Assembly: GCF_022539665.2 (NCBI RefSeq)
Contig: NC_081333.1
Location: 682,001 to 746,000, forward strand
Length of the DNA: 64,000 bases
Source: Daphnia carinata
Taxonomy: Eukaryota
Direction: 5' to 3'
A program made the translations under genes and the position numbers. Position 1 is the first letter of the stretch. Each line of letters opens with the position of its first letter. Below are positions 16,649 to 29,644 of this stretch, piece by piece. Under the pieces are notes generated by a model that worked only from the letters and a program-made list of their open reading frames with translations, did not search any database and was not told the origin of the DNA.

Positions 16649-18960
16649 TTAGCATGTTTGATGATGATTGTTCAAATCCGGTTCAATGACAACCTCTAGC
16701 GACCATCGATTTGCTTCGTCTTGTCCCTCAGTACTCTCCATCCCATCACAGTTTTCATCGGTTGACTTAATGACGTGCAAAAGTGAAGGTGTAAAAATGA
16801 GCGTTCCTTCACCAATTTCGTCAACATCCTGCGTGATGATCAATTCTCCATCGTCATTCATGTGTGCTGTAACCGTGTTTCCTATTGCATCCGATACGGG
16901 TAGATCATCAACGTTTTCATGTTCCATGATGTGCGTGGCCAGTCGTTCAGCATTATAGAACCGTTTCTTGCAGACAGGACAGCGTTTTGTTTGCTTGCTG
17001 TGTGAATAACGGTGGGCAACAAATTTTCTCCGCGCCTGACAACGTACAACATGAAGGCTAATACAGGAGAAACACTGAAAGTTTTACCTGGAATGATTTG
17101 TTACATATGTCACATGTAAAGGGCCTGTCTCCGTCTGGTTTATCGTGAACAAGCATGTGTTCTTTGAGTGACCACTTCTGTCTAAATGCTACACCACATT
17201 TGTTACAGTCAAACGGCTTTTGCCCTGCAAAGAAAGGAAATCATGACGAAGATGAATAACCATCGAAGATTAGGAAAGCTTTCAGATGATGGAATATTGT
17301 TTTTCTTTACCTGTATGTATCAACTCGTGTGCATTTAAGTTTGCAAGGTAACGAAAGCTTTTCGTGCAAAAAGAACATTGATATGGAATCTTATTTTCTC
17401 TTTTATGAGATGCCTCGTGAACTTGCAGTGTTTTTTTCAGAGAAAATTTCTTGTGGCAAATGTTACACTCAAAACTCTTTTCTTCAACGTGCGTCATCTG
17501 GTGAGCTTTCAATAAATATCTAGGAGATACATAAGCCTATAGTACAAATAGATGGCAATAAAACATAGTACCTTCTAATTACTTATTGCTAAAGCCTCTA
17601 GCGCAAATATCACACAAAAACGGTTTTTCTTGCGATAATTTCTTTTTACTTCCGTTATCGTGGTGGATACGATGAAGGGCTAGCGCCTTACGATTCACAA
17701 AATTCCGCTTGCACACCTCGCAGTGAAATATTTCTTCTTCGAGAATTCTTTGTTAAGCATAAATTAATAAACAAGAAATATTAGCAGGGAAATTTGAGTA
17801 GAAAAGTAATCCCTTGCAACTAAGCATCCTAATAAAGAAAAAAATTTATTCTTACTCGCAACGATGTGCACGTAAACTCTTTCTTTGTTTAAAACGACGC
17901 TGACATTTGTCGCATGCGTATGGACGATCGTCAGAGTGAAGATTCATGTGCTCATTCAATGTAGATTTATGAGAAAAGGCACGATTGCACGTGCTACAGC
18001 TGAAGGGTTTCTCACCTATTGACGAACTTTCATTTAATGATCTGCGGAGAATTTTCTGTACGAAAGCAGAGATATTTCTACCTGTATGTACGCGGGAATG
18101 GGTTCTGAGAACGTTCAGGTGACGAAACGATTTTTGACAGACAGGGCAAACGTACGGACGATCTAAGAGAACGAACGAATTGTTTTAACGATAAACATTC
18201 ACTGTACATGGCGAATGCTATCCGAAATTTACCACCACTGATGGTTTTATTTGCACAAGATTCAACTTGTTCTTCAGAAATGTCATTTTCTGAATCTGAT
18301 TGGTTTGAAGGAGTTTTCTTTTTCCTGCTTTCCAGCACCATGGTGTTTTCACTAGCTATGTCTTTACTTGTCAGGTTTGTTTGTATTGGAGAATTTTGAA
18401 GATCAAAAGGTTGTTGAACTGAGTTTTTGAATAGTATTGCTTCAGCTGGTTTAGTTGTAATAATTTCATCTGAACACACCAATGAGTGTGTGCCTAAAAT
18501 GCCCAACTCTTTAAGGCAGAATTCGAATTCTTCCATTAAAGCATGTGATGCACAAATTTCACCTGAATAAATGTAGTCTAACAAGAGCTTTAAATGGTTC
18601 TTCCTACAAACATAAAAAAGATTGATTTGATAAGATGACGAGCAATATTTTACAGGTTTGTCCATACTTGAATCCAGAGAATGATATGTAAACATCACTG
18701 TCATAGGAGGTTTCGAGGATTTCTGCTAAATATGGACTAGCAGCTGCTAATACTTCTTTATGAGCCGAAAGAGATGCAGTTAAAGAATCTTGAGTGTCAT
18801 CATTTGCCAGAAAGAACACGTCTGTTTTGATTGCATTTTTTCTCGCTTCTTTAAGAAAATCGATGGCGTCGTCTTGAAATGTTTTGCATATCTTCAGGTA
18901 GAGTTCACCCTCTGAATTTTCAAAATCTCGTAGGTTTGATGAAGCTGAGGTGCACATCAT
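16649..18960 (-). CDS. BTB/POZ + ~10 C2H2 zinc-finger transcription factor (multi-exon)
   Basis: N-terminal BTB-like TDVFF...LSAHKEVLAAASPYLAEIL...LKLLLDYIYSGEI. This is followed by spliced C2H2 fingers with HTGEKPF-type linkers (CPVCQKSF..HSRVHT|GEKPFSCSTC, DRPYACDKC, FECNICHKKF, YQCSFC..HELIHT|GQKPFDCNKC, FTCDIC, CPVCKKRF) and an acidic C-terminus ending at TAA 16649. Confidence 0.9.
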
Positions 18961-19862
18961 AAACGGGAGAAAATTTTGAGGAAAAAAAAAACAAACAAAA
19001 AAGCAACGATAATTTTCCAAACAATAACTACGTTACGGCTAAATCGTTGTTCGGCTGCAAGAAAACACAAAGCTTTGAGTAACTGCCGATAGATGACGAG
19101 AAGAGAATCGTTAAGCTACACAATTTTGCCTAGCGCGTCAGTACGAATCTAATTTTGAGCATACCACCGTGCCAAATACATTCGGAAAACCAAGTTCGTT
19201 GTTATAGTTCCGTATTTCAGAAAGTGTTTCTTATTTTTGGTGTCCAGTTCCATCCATGCAAATTGATGTTGCTACGCAGCTATTAATTATGAACGGTAAA
19301 CAAAATCTACGATTTTAGGACAAACCTCTATTGCGACTACATTATATTGATACTGTCCGTACGCCTCATCTGGACTGGTTTTTCTTCTAAAAGATGTGGA
19401 CTTATGGTGTTTATAACAACTTATTTTTCCAGGATTTCAATTTCATTGGTGGTCGCGAAAAACGAGATTTACCAACGTACCCCCTTAACAACTAGTCCGA
19501 CTCTTCCCTTGTTCCGTTATCAGTTTTTTTCCTTACGAATTTCAAACACAGCCGTCACAACGCCGTCTCTGGAGCTAAGCATGCGTAGTATATTTGCTTT
19601 GAAACATGGACTGCCTCTGATGTACATTAGTCACTTTCAGAAACCCTGTATCCTCGTGCATGAGGTCTTTCTGTCTTATTAATCGCTACTTAATAATGAA
19701 ATAGAATAACAATAATTTTTTTTTAATTTTTTGTATTTTATTCAGGCCAAATTACACAAACAGTATTTTTATTGAATTGCGGTCGAAAGTAGAAAAAGGT
19801 TAAGTTGTAAGAGGTGTAGACAAGATTTACTCTGATTCTTCTTCAGTCGGCTGGATAAGAAT

Positions 19863-22800
19863 CTACATCCGGAAGGTTTCTGACATTAACTGTAGAACTC
19901 TCAGTTTACCGTCTGGATCTTGCAGTGAATAGAAAAAAGAGATTTTTCCCATCATTTGGCTGAACTGCAGGTCAAGTGACGATGACTCCAGTGATCCTTC
20001 TTCATCGTATAAGTCCCCGAGCGCGTCTGCCATGTTTGGTATATTCTCTAGACTATCCTCCTTAGAGGTTTCGTCATTGACTTCAGCAGTCATTTTCGAG
20101 AATACATCGGTTACTTCTGATTTCCCGGCAAGGCTTTCCATGGATGTGCTATCTTCACGGATAACACTGAGCAATATGTAAATCATAACTGATTTTTGTT
20201 CAACATCCAAGTTAAGCGCTTGCATATCATGAAGGATATCCGAGAAAACATTCAGCATGTCTGCTTTCGTGGCAGGGCCCGCTTCAGGTGATTTTTCTTC
20301 AGCAGTAGCACTAGAGAAAACGTTGATCATTTCTGATTTCTGATAATCGTCTAATTCCAGTCCGCTGAGATCATGAAGTATTTCCGATAACACCTTCGTC
20401 ATGTCTGTTTTCATGCGTAGTCCCGCATCTGGTGTTTTTTCTTCAAAGGCAACACTGAAGGTTTTGCTAATCATCTCTGATTCGTGTTTAACGTCCAATT
20501 CAAGTGCTTTAATGCCTCGAAGGATATTCGAGAAAACATTCAGCATGTCTTTTTTCTCGGCAGGGCCCGCTTCAGGTGATCTTTCTTCGTCAATAACACT
20601 GGAGATAACTTGAATCATTTTTGATTTCTGATCATGGTCCATTTCCAGTCCGTTGACGGTACGAAGTATTCTCGAGAACACGTTCGTCATGCCTGTTTTT
20701 ATACGTAGTCCTGCATCTTGTGCATTTTCTTCACGGGCAACATTGGAGAGTACGTTAATCATTTCTGATTTTTGTTCAACGTCCAATTCAAGTGCTTTAA
20801 TGCCATGAAGGATGTTCGAGAAAACATTCAGCATGTCTTTTTTCTCGACAGGGCCCGCTTCAGGTGATTGTTCTTCATAAGTAACACTGGAGAGAACTTT
20901 AATCATGTCTGATCTCTGGTCATGGTCCAATTCCAGTCCGTTAAGGTTATTAAGCATTTTCGAGAACACCTTCGTCATGCCTGTTTTCATACGTAATACC
21001 GCATCTGGTGTTTTATCTTCACTGGTTACCCTGAAGAGTAGGTTAATCATTTCTGATTTGTGTTCAACGTCCAATTCAAGTTCTTTAATACCAAGAAGGA
21101 TATTCGAGAAAACAATCAGCATGTCTTTTTTCTCGGCAGGGCCCGCTTCAGGTGATGTTTCTTCATGAATAACACCGGAGAGAACTTTAATCATTCTTAA
21201 TTTTTGATCACGGTCCAATTCCAATCCGCTGAGGTCATGAAGTATTTTCGACAACACGTTCGCCATGTCTGTCTTCATACGTAGCCCCGCATCTGGTGTG
21301 TTTCCTTCACGTGCAATATTAGAGAGTACGTTGATCATTTCTGATTTGTGTTCAACGTCCAATTCAAGTGCTTTAATGCCATGGAGGATACTCAAGAGAA
21401 CATTCAGCATGTCTTTTTTCTCTGCAGGGCCCGCTTCAGGTGATTGTTCTTGGTCAGTAACACTGGAGAAAACTTTTGTCATTTTCAATTTCTGATCATG
21501 GTCCAATTCCAGTTCGTTTAGGTCATGAAGTATTTTCGAGAACACCTTCGTCATATCTGATTTCATACGTAATCCCGCATCTGGTGTGTTAGCTTCACGG
21601 GTAACGCTGGAGAGTACGTTAATCATTTCTGATTTGTGTTCAACGTCCAATTCAAGTTCTTTAGTGACAAGAAGGATATTCGAGAAAACATTCAGCATGT
21701 CTTTTTTCTCGGTAAGGCCCGCTTCAGGTGATTTTTCTTCATGAATAACACCGGAGAGAACTTTAATCATTTTTGATTTCTGATCCCGGTCCAATTCCAA
21801 TCCGCTGAGGTCACGAAGTATTTTCGACAACATGTTCGCCATGTCTGTCTTCATACGTAGCCCCGTATCTGGTGTGTTTCCTTCACCTGCGATATTAGAG
21901 AGTACGTTGATTATTTCTGATTTGGAGAGAACTTCAATCATTTTTGATTTCTGATCACGGTTCAATTCCAATCCTCTGAGGCCATAAAGTATTTTCACGA
22001 ACGCTTTCGTCATGTCTGTTTTCATACGTAGTACCGCATCTGGTGTGTTTCCTTCACGTGCAACACTGGAGAGTACGTTAATCATTTCTGATTTGTGTTC
22101 AACGTCCAATTCAAGTGCTTTAGTTTCATGAAGGATATTTGAGAACACATTCAACAGGTCTAGTTTCTCGGCAGGGGTCGCTTCAGGTGATTTTTGTTCA
22201 TCAGTAACACTGAAGAGAACGTTAATCATATTTAATTTTTGATTATCGTCCATTTCCAGTCCGTTGAGACCACCAAGTATTTTCGAGAACAAGATCATCA
22301 TGTCTCCTTTCTCGCGCGGACTTCCATCCTCACGAGAAATATCGAAGACTACCGTAGAAAGTATATTTTCCATTTGTGATCTTGTTTCATCTATGGCGTG
22401 GTAGTCAACGATTGCAGACAGAGAATTTGCGGACTTCAGCTTTCTTTCGAATCTGTTCTCGTCGGTAATAGCTTGAAGGATGGTTATCATTTTTGACTTC
22501 ATTTTCGTTTCTGTGTCTTGTGAAACTATTTTCAAGAGAAGTTTGAGTATTTTCCATTTTAGGGCCTCCTCGGTGTTTTGCGAAGCAATTCTTGACAAGA
22601 GTTTCACTATTTGCAGTTTAATGGCCTGGTCGTTGTCTTGTCGATCCATTATGTTTTCTAGGATTTGCTGAACTTTCGTTTTGATATTCTCGTCCATTCC
22701 TTGTTCTGAAAGGAGTATCGACATCTTGTTGTACATATACCATCCTACTGCGTAATCGATATCGGGGGAAACAATAGATGTCAACAGACTTGTCAGTTTC

Positions 22801-23168
22801 TCTTCGACTTCCAAGTTGATCGTAGACTGGATTTCCAAGTGTCTATTAGGTCGTTCACTTTTTTTGTCATCAGCGTTTTCCAAGGAACTAGTCCGAGAAA
22901 TAATCCTTCCTCGTGGTTTCCGAACGTTAATGTTGTCGATATTTTTAACATCTGATTCGTAAAATTCGGTTTTGGTGAGGGAAGCAATTTCTCTTTCTAG
23001 CAGAATATCTGGTGAGGACTGGACGATCAAAGGATCTGGGTTTTCTGAAGTACACTGAATGTGGGGGCATGCTGCTACCATGGTCCCCAACATTACGAAA
23101 AACCCCACTAAACAGCTAACTGCAAGAACTGTCGACACTGCGAAGTAGCATGTTGAAAACTTAACCAT
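19863..23168 (-). CDS. Uncharacterised intronless ~1100-aa protein: N-terminal hydrophobic signal/TM anchor plus tandem 96-aa (2x48-aa) helical-looking repeats
   Basis: Uninterrupted 3.3-kb ORF. The first ATG is at 23168 (the ORF-track start 23234 is GTG). Hydrophobic stretch YFAVSTVLAVSCLVGFFVMLGTMVAA; 288-bp repeat periodicity. Confidence 0.8.
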   Translation of the reverse strand: MVKFSTCYFAVSTVLAVSCLVGFFVMLGTMVAACPHIQCTSENPDPLIVQSSPDILLEREIASLTKTEFYESDVKNIDNINVRKPRGRIISRTSSLENADDKKSERPNRHLEIQSTINLEVEEKLTSLLTSIVSPDIDYAVGWYMYNKMSILLSEQGMDENIKTKVQQILENIMDRQDNDQAIKLQIVKLLSRIASQNTEEALKWKILKLLLKIVSQDTETKMKSKMITILQAITDENRFERKLKSANSLSAIVDYHAIDETRSQMENILSTVVFDISREDGSPREKGDMMILFSKILGGLNGLEMDDNQKLNMINVLFSVTDEQKSPEATPAEKLDLLNVFSNILHETKALELDVEHKSEMINVLSSVAREGNTPDAVLRMKTDMTKAFVKILYGLRGLELNRDQKSKMIEVLSKSEIINVLSNIAGEGNTPDTGLRMKTDMANMLSKILRDLSGLELDRDQKSKMIKVLSGVIHEEKSPEAGLTEKKDMLNVFSNILLVTKELELDVEHKSEMINVLSSVTREANTPDAGLRMKSDMTKVFSKILHDLNELELDHDQKLKMTKVFSSVTDQEQSPEAGPAEKKDMLNVLLSILHGIKALELDVEHKSEMINVLSNIAREGNTPDAGLRMKTDMANVLSKILHDLSGLELDRDQKLRMIKVLSGVIHEETSPEAGPAEKKDMLIVFSNILLGIKELELDVEHKSEMINLLFRVTSEDKTPDAVLRMKTGMTKVFSKMLNNLNGLELDHDQRSDMIKVLSSVTYEEQSPEAGPVEKKDMLNVFSNILHGIKALELDVEQKSEMINVLSNVAREENAQDAGLRIKTGMTNVFSRILRTVNGLEMDHDQKSKMIQVISSVIDEERSPEAGPAEKKDMLNVFSNILRGIKALELDVKHESEMISKTFSVAFEEKTPDAGLRMKTDMTKVLSEILHDLSGLELDDYQKSEMINVFSSATAEEKSPEAGPATKADMLNVFSDILHDMQALNLDVEQKSVMIYILLSVIREDSTSMESLAGKSEVTDVFSKMTAEVNDETSKEDSLENIPNMADALGDLYDEEGSLESSSLDLQFSQMMGKISFFYSLQDPDGKLRVLQLMSETFRM
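20130..22330 (-). repeat. Coding tandem repeat, 288-bp unit (two diverged 144-bp halves)
   Basis: Anchor GCTTCAGGTGAT at 20281, 20569, 20857, 21145, 21433, 21721 (exact 288 spacing) and at 22180 (+459). Confidence 0.95.
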
Positions 23169-25476
23169 TTTCGAATTTTGAGTTTGATCAGAATGAGATC
23201 TTTTTCGATCATACGCGCTTATCTGCAAATGCACCGCTGATGTGAACCCCGCAAGTGTGAAATCTCAAGGTTTTCTTGCATTTTTTTCCAAAACACCAAG
23301 TCATACCTAAAATTTTACGTCGAATTTCAGTTTATTGCCTATTTTCACACTAAGTTCAATTAGGTTTCATTGAAAATTTAATTTAGAACAATTTGAAACG
23401 ACATAATACAAAGAAAAAAGTTTCTCCTAGCTGCTCCAAACGTATGAATGTTCAAACACGTCTAGGGAGTCAGATAATCAATAAAATAGTCAGTTATAAG
23501 AAAGAATAATCATTTTTCCAATATTAAGCAAACAAATAATAGTATGAAACTAAATGGTTCATGGATTGGTAAAACACCATAAATAAAATTTGAAATTCAA
23601 TGGTTTCTTGTTTTTAGACATTTTCCCATAAAAATTCTATCCAGTTGGCAAATAATTATTCGATAACTTACCAATAGATGGCGTCGACGTTTGTGACTTG
23701 TTTTTCATGAACTAATGATGAAAAAATAAAAAAACAATATTTATGCAGCAGTTTTTAAAACGTTTAATTAGGTAAGACAACCAGCTTCCCTACTGAATCG
23801 CTATATAGTGGAAGATTTAATGGTTACATTGTAGTGTAGAGATCGAAGATGTGGAGCAAAAACAGCTATGTATATATGATCTTGGTCTGCTAAACAATAT
23901 TTACTTCTCATTAAAATGGTGTAAAACTCTTTAATAACTATTTTGCATTTGGGGATGTATCAGGAAAGGTAATCTTTGAAGGAGCTTATCAAATTTTTAA
24001 TCCTACTTAAAGTAAAAACATATGTGATAATAGTTGTAGCAATTGCTTTGATGCTTGGAATACATAGGAACTCATTTTCATGCAGTCCTATACAAACAAG
24101 GACCAAATGTTACATAACAATAAATCATCTTGAATGTTACATACAATTGTATGTAACATTAACAATAAGATGTGCATCTTATTTAGTAGTTGTGTGTGAC
24201 CTGAATGTCTAATGAAAATATTGACAGTTGGATACAACTGGCCACTTTAAATGTATTACAGAATCTATATCAAAGGTAATTTTCCCTAAAAAGTAGAATT
24301 TTTTTCCTCATATAGTTTTATTTAATACATTTGGGTTTCGCAATTTTTTACAGGAGCTTCTACTGTGTGATATGTTCATATGCATCCAGTAGCCTACCAA
24401 GTGAACCACTCTGGAATGCCTTCAGACATTTTCAGTTTAATGCTGTGGTCTTGAGGCAATTGGTTTCTGCGAAGGAACTAATGATTGATTAGCTTGTCAA
24501 ATGAGTTCCATCAGACGTGTTAACTACCAAGTGTTGCAACTCTGGGACTGAGTGAATGTAGCAGCAAAGGAGTTCAAGGAGCAAATATTCACTTCAATCT
24601 GTTACCGAAATTTAAAATGTATTGGTGTGCTTACCTTAGAACCCTGTATGCTCTGTTATCTACCTTTCGCTTAGTCAAGCTTGATGTAGATTTTTTCTGA
24701 TAAGAAATCAACAATATAGTACTTCCCAATAAATTTTTTGGGTATGTGTAATGTCTAAGTACAAGAAATACAGAACATTTATTATGGCATTGACCATATA
24801 TTGTGTTGAGGACTTGAGGTACATTCGTGTACAAATGCTGGAAACAGCGAACAACAGTATTTTCTAGTTCAACCCGATGCAATTGGATTTCAAACATGTC
24901 CGCCATCGATGTGGTGGAGATCGCTGGGGAAGAACAAACAAAAAGAAAAGAAACCCCATGGATCAATGTGTTGCTATCTGTGCTATGCCAGAAATTTACA
25001 GCCTCGAGTTTTGTTTTCGTTTAATATTTATTAATGTCGGTGAGCCTGGGGAAACTGCTTTTGCCTCCGCCCATTTCCACAATGATTCCACTTTATACCA
25101 CTCCAGGCTGAAAGTACATGATACTTGGTCCCGAAGCCAACTTTCTGGTTTTCCTAACGTAGCTTTATAGAAAAGAGACGTCTGCTACTGAGGAGGGATT
25201 CTTAATGGTAAACATTTTTGTATACGTAACGTTGACAGGTAATTTTTTCTTTAATGGTGTCCTGATGTAAATTACGTGATTTGAGTGTAGTGGTTCGAGA
25301 ACAGGTAAAGGGTCTCTTTCTCGTCTAATGATGTAATTTAACATTTTCATGGATAGGGTATAGTTGACAGTTAATTGCACAAAAATCCCAATATGGTGGA
25401 CCCATTTAGTTATTTAGATGGATAATTTGAGTTGTATACGTGATTTATTTTTCTGATGGGTGTTAAGTTCGAAAAC

Positions 25477-28144
25477 ATGGCTGGCAGTTCAGAAGAAGAA
25501 CAAAAAAAATTGAAAAGTGGCACAGAAGATTCAGAGGATGAGAGTGAAATTCTAGAGGAAAGTCCCTGTGGCCGTTGGCTTAAGCGTCGTGAAGTGGTAA
25601 GTGACAAAAAATGGTTCTACATTGTTTTTCTAAAAGCAAGAATTCCAATTCAGCATGTGTTTCATCTTTGTTGAATCCGTTTTCTTCAAAATATGCTATA
25701 ATAAAATTCGATATTTTATTTGATTAATAATTTTTATTTTACATACCATTTCTGGCTACATAACATCATTTCAATTGTAGCATTTATTTTTGAATTTCAA
25801 GCTAAAATATTTTAAAAAGTTGAAGAATAGATAAACGAAATTTCTATACTAGTCATCCAAGTCTTCAGTTATTGGTTTTGTTACATGTTTTACCATTTTT
25901 TTGTAGGTTCAGCAGCGCGATGTCCCTGGAATTGATGCTGCGTATTTGGCCATGGATACGGAGGAAGGTGTGGAAGTAGTGTGGAATGAAGTTCGTTTCT
26001 CCGAGCGGAAAAATTTCAAGGCCCAAGAAGAAAAAATCAGCCAGGTGTTTGACAACCTTATCAAACTAGAGCACCCAAATATTGTGAAATTCCACAAATA
26101 TTGGATCGACAGTCGCGACGATAAACCTCGAGTATACATGGGGAAATGCTTGATGTTGCCTTTTGCAATAACCGACTAAACATATACGCATATATCAGGT
26201 GATATTCATCACCGAGTACATGTCATCCGGATCGTTGAAACAATTCTTAAAGCGGACGAAACGCAACGTAAAAAAGCCTCCCCTTCAAGCCTGGAAAAGA
26301 TGGTGCACACAAATTTTGTCGGCTTTAAGGTACCACAACATGCAATAGTTATTTTCATTAATAATTGATTTGGTTCTCTTAGCTTCTTGCATTCCTGTTC
26401 TCCCCCAATCGTTCATGGAAACTTGACGTGCGACACAATTTTCATTCAGCACAATGGGCTAATCAAAATTGGATCAGGTTTAAGTTTAAATTAAGAAAGA
26501 TCATTTTTGTATGCGAAATAATTTACCAGTGTGTAATGTACTCGGGGATTTACAGTGGCTCCAGATGCCATTCATCAGCACGTCAAAACATGTCGTGAAG
26601 GCATGAAGAACACCCATTTTATCGCTCCCGAGTTTGGAAGTGAGGCGCTATTAATGTTAAGTGTATTGGACGTCACACCTTCCACTAAACTGTATCTTTT
26701 CTTCTTTTCTTTTGGTTTGTTTTTATTTTATTTTTTGTCTCCAGTTGCAGGAATGACACCAGCTGTGGACATTTATTCGTTTGGGATGTGTGCGCTTGAA
26801 ATGGCCACGCTAGAAATTCAGGGTGCTAATGGAGAGACTGGCAGTCTGGTTACCGAGGAACAGGTGCAGCGTACCATCGAGGGATTGGAGGTACCCATCC
26901 AGAGTGACTTTATCCGGGCTTGCCTTAAAACAGAACCGGAGCTGCGGCCTACAGCTCGCGGTCTACTCTTCCACCGGGCGCTTTTTGAAGTCTCCCCTTT
27001 GAAACTCTTAGCTGCTCATACCGTCGTTCGTTGTTCAGGTATCACAAGAGAAGTATCCCTATCCACTTCCAATGATCAATCTCCAAAAAGCCCATTATTT
27101 AATCTTTGGAACGAACCGTCCTATATACCTTTCTCCCACCAACCCCACTGCTACTTGATTTTTTTGCCAATTTTTGGGCCATTCTAGTCAATACTTTCTG
27201 TAAAGCCAACATCTCCGAGACGATATGCGACAAAGTCGTTCAACGCCACTTCGGGCCAGGTATCATCGTTGCGGAAGTAAATTATACCAACTCGCCCCCG
27301 GTTCAGTTTACCATGGCTGACATTCCTGTCGCGGAAAAATTAGAAAAATTCGTTGAGGATGTCAAGTACATAAATTTTTTAACTTGTGGGTTTATCGTAA
27401 TTGATACTCCCTACCTTTTTTGTTTATGCGTGCTTTCCATTAAAATGATTGTTTTGTCTTGGTTTTGCCCTCTCGCATTAGGTACGGCATCTATCCTCTA
27501 ACGGTTTTTGCGCCTGTTCCTGCAGAGGCTTGCGGTCAAAGACCCGTTTCACCAGATACATCCGTCTCGACTGCTGCCGAGACACCCGAGCCAGTTGATG
27601 TAGAAGCTCGCCGGGTTTCCAATATGATATGCGATGTCAAACCAAAAGATGATGGAGCCGGCTATCAGGTAGTATTTTTTGCGAGTTTCAGTTGTTCAGT
27701 TGAATGGCTAAGAATAATTAATTACTTTTTAAATTTCAGATGACTTTATTGCTCCGTATGGATGATAAAATGAATCGTCAGCTGTCCAGCACGATCATGA
27801 AAAGTGATCACGCTCTGGCTCTTGCAGAGGAATTGGTCCATTATGGCTTTATCAATGAGGTTCTTAAGTTGTGTGTACTTCTAAGCTTTCCATATTTAAC
27901 AGAAGACTAAATTAAGGTTGACCGCGAGCTGGTTGGTGCATCTATGAATGAAGCCCTTCGCAATTGTCTAGCAAGAAACGAAGATATCCCGTCAGTCAGT
28001 GGTCAGATGAATCTCTTAGATGACTATGGGGGTTCTTTTAATCAGATTCTCTCGACAACGTCACATACGGCTTCAGATTTGCACAATTCGCCACCGTGCA
28101 CCAGTCCTGTCCCTTCTCCTGCTTCTCCGGTCCATGCATCCTAG
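25477..28144 (+). CDS. NRBP1: Nuclear receptor-binding protein (NRBP/Madm) pseudokinase, ~10 coding exons
   Basis: EDESEILEESPCGRWLKRREV|VQQRDVPGIDAAYLAMDTEEGVEVVWNEV..HPNIVKFHKYW..|VIFITEYMSSGSLKQFLK..WKRWCTQILSAL|..PPIVHGNLTCDTIFIQHNGLIKIGS|VAPDAIH..VDIYSFGMCALEMA..EKFVEDVK|YGIYPL..LLLRMDDKMNRQL. HGN and IGS replace HRD and DFG, as in NRBP pseudokinases. An alternative in-frame ATG lies at 25456. Confidence 0.95.
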
Positions 28145-29644
28145 CCCGCTCACTTCTCCTGTTTTGCTGCGCCATATCGTATTGTTGCTGCAAGTGCTAT
28201 ATGTGCCTCGGTTCATTAAATATACAGTTGTTATACTACTCCACACATATGCAATGTAGCTAAATATTGATTTTAGGTATCGAAAAAGGGTATTTGCTTT
28301 GTGAAGCACTTGGCTTGTGATATGCTAAGTGAAAGGCATTTGAATGATTTCTTTGTAAAACTAACACACGTTCCCTTCATTCTATTAATTAATTCAGTCC
28401 AATATTTTGTAGCCCAAACTGGCGACAATATAATTTTCGCACCTCTTCCACCACAATATTCTTGGATACAAAATCATAAAAAAAAAGCGAAATCCATACG
28501 ATTTATAGTAAGGATAAATGTCATTTGTGTCATTTTATTTCTGTCACCTTATTTCATTTGGCTAAATTTCATTCTATCCTCAACGTAATTAAAAAATCAG
28601 TTCCAAGGTCATCTTATGGGAAGTTCACACTTTTTAACTCGTCGGCTTTAATCGTTTAAATATCAAATCAACCACAAAAAGTAAAGGCCAGACGAGCGCT
28701 AAAGCCTGTCGACAGAAAATCGGTAACAACAATTTAAAACATAAAACAGCAATTTTATATACGGAAGTATATTGGGTCAAGGTTTAATTCACACTTTTAC
28801 AGGTATCAAGTATCGCTATGGTACAGTAACCAATTATCTTGTGGTAAAGTTCATGAATGAAATACCGTAATTTAGACGGTAACAATTCCAGAACTAAAAG
28901 GAGGCATATTGCTATTCATCATGCATAGAAAAGAGTTTAAAAATGAATAAATAAAGAAAAAGAGTAAAGAAAAATGATAAAGAAAAATAATAAAGAAAAA
29001 AATTCAAAGTGCACAAAGAAATTGGTGCGAAAATATGTGTAAAAAAAATTTATGATAAAGAGAGCAGGTCAGTCCAATAAATCTGGCATAACAGATTGAA
29101 GTGAAGAGGGGGAAAACCAACACTAAAGGCAGTGAAGACGGTTCTCGAAATGATCCTTGTCAGTGTGAGACGGCTGGAAAATCAAACAGAAACAATAATC
29201 AGAGAAAAACTTAAGAAAAATTTCCCCTTCTTACCAGTTATGCGTCAGAAAATGCAAGAAGTTAACCCAATGCCGTGCTTGCAAAAAGAATGCTTTCAAA
29301 TTGGAAACATCAAAGGATTATGCGATCACACACATTAATTTAGTTTGGTAACAAAGCCTTTAACGGGGCAGTTGCTCATAAAAATTCGAATCCATTCGTG
29401 CAAAAATCATCTGGATAAATAGAAATTGAAGAAGTTTCTCGTGATGACTACCTCTTCCACCAATGTAAAAAATAGCAAAAGAACAAAAATCTACCATGCT
29501 GAACGATACTGAGAATCTTTTCATGCCGGTGTCACTACTACTAAGGCACTAGATTGGAGTGTTCAACCTAAAAATTAATTCAGTTTTCTAATAGCACAAA
29601 TTGTAAACTAACAGTTTGAGTGGAATACAACTAGAGTAGCTACA

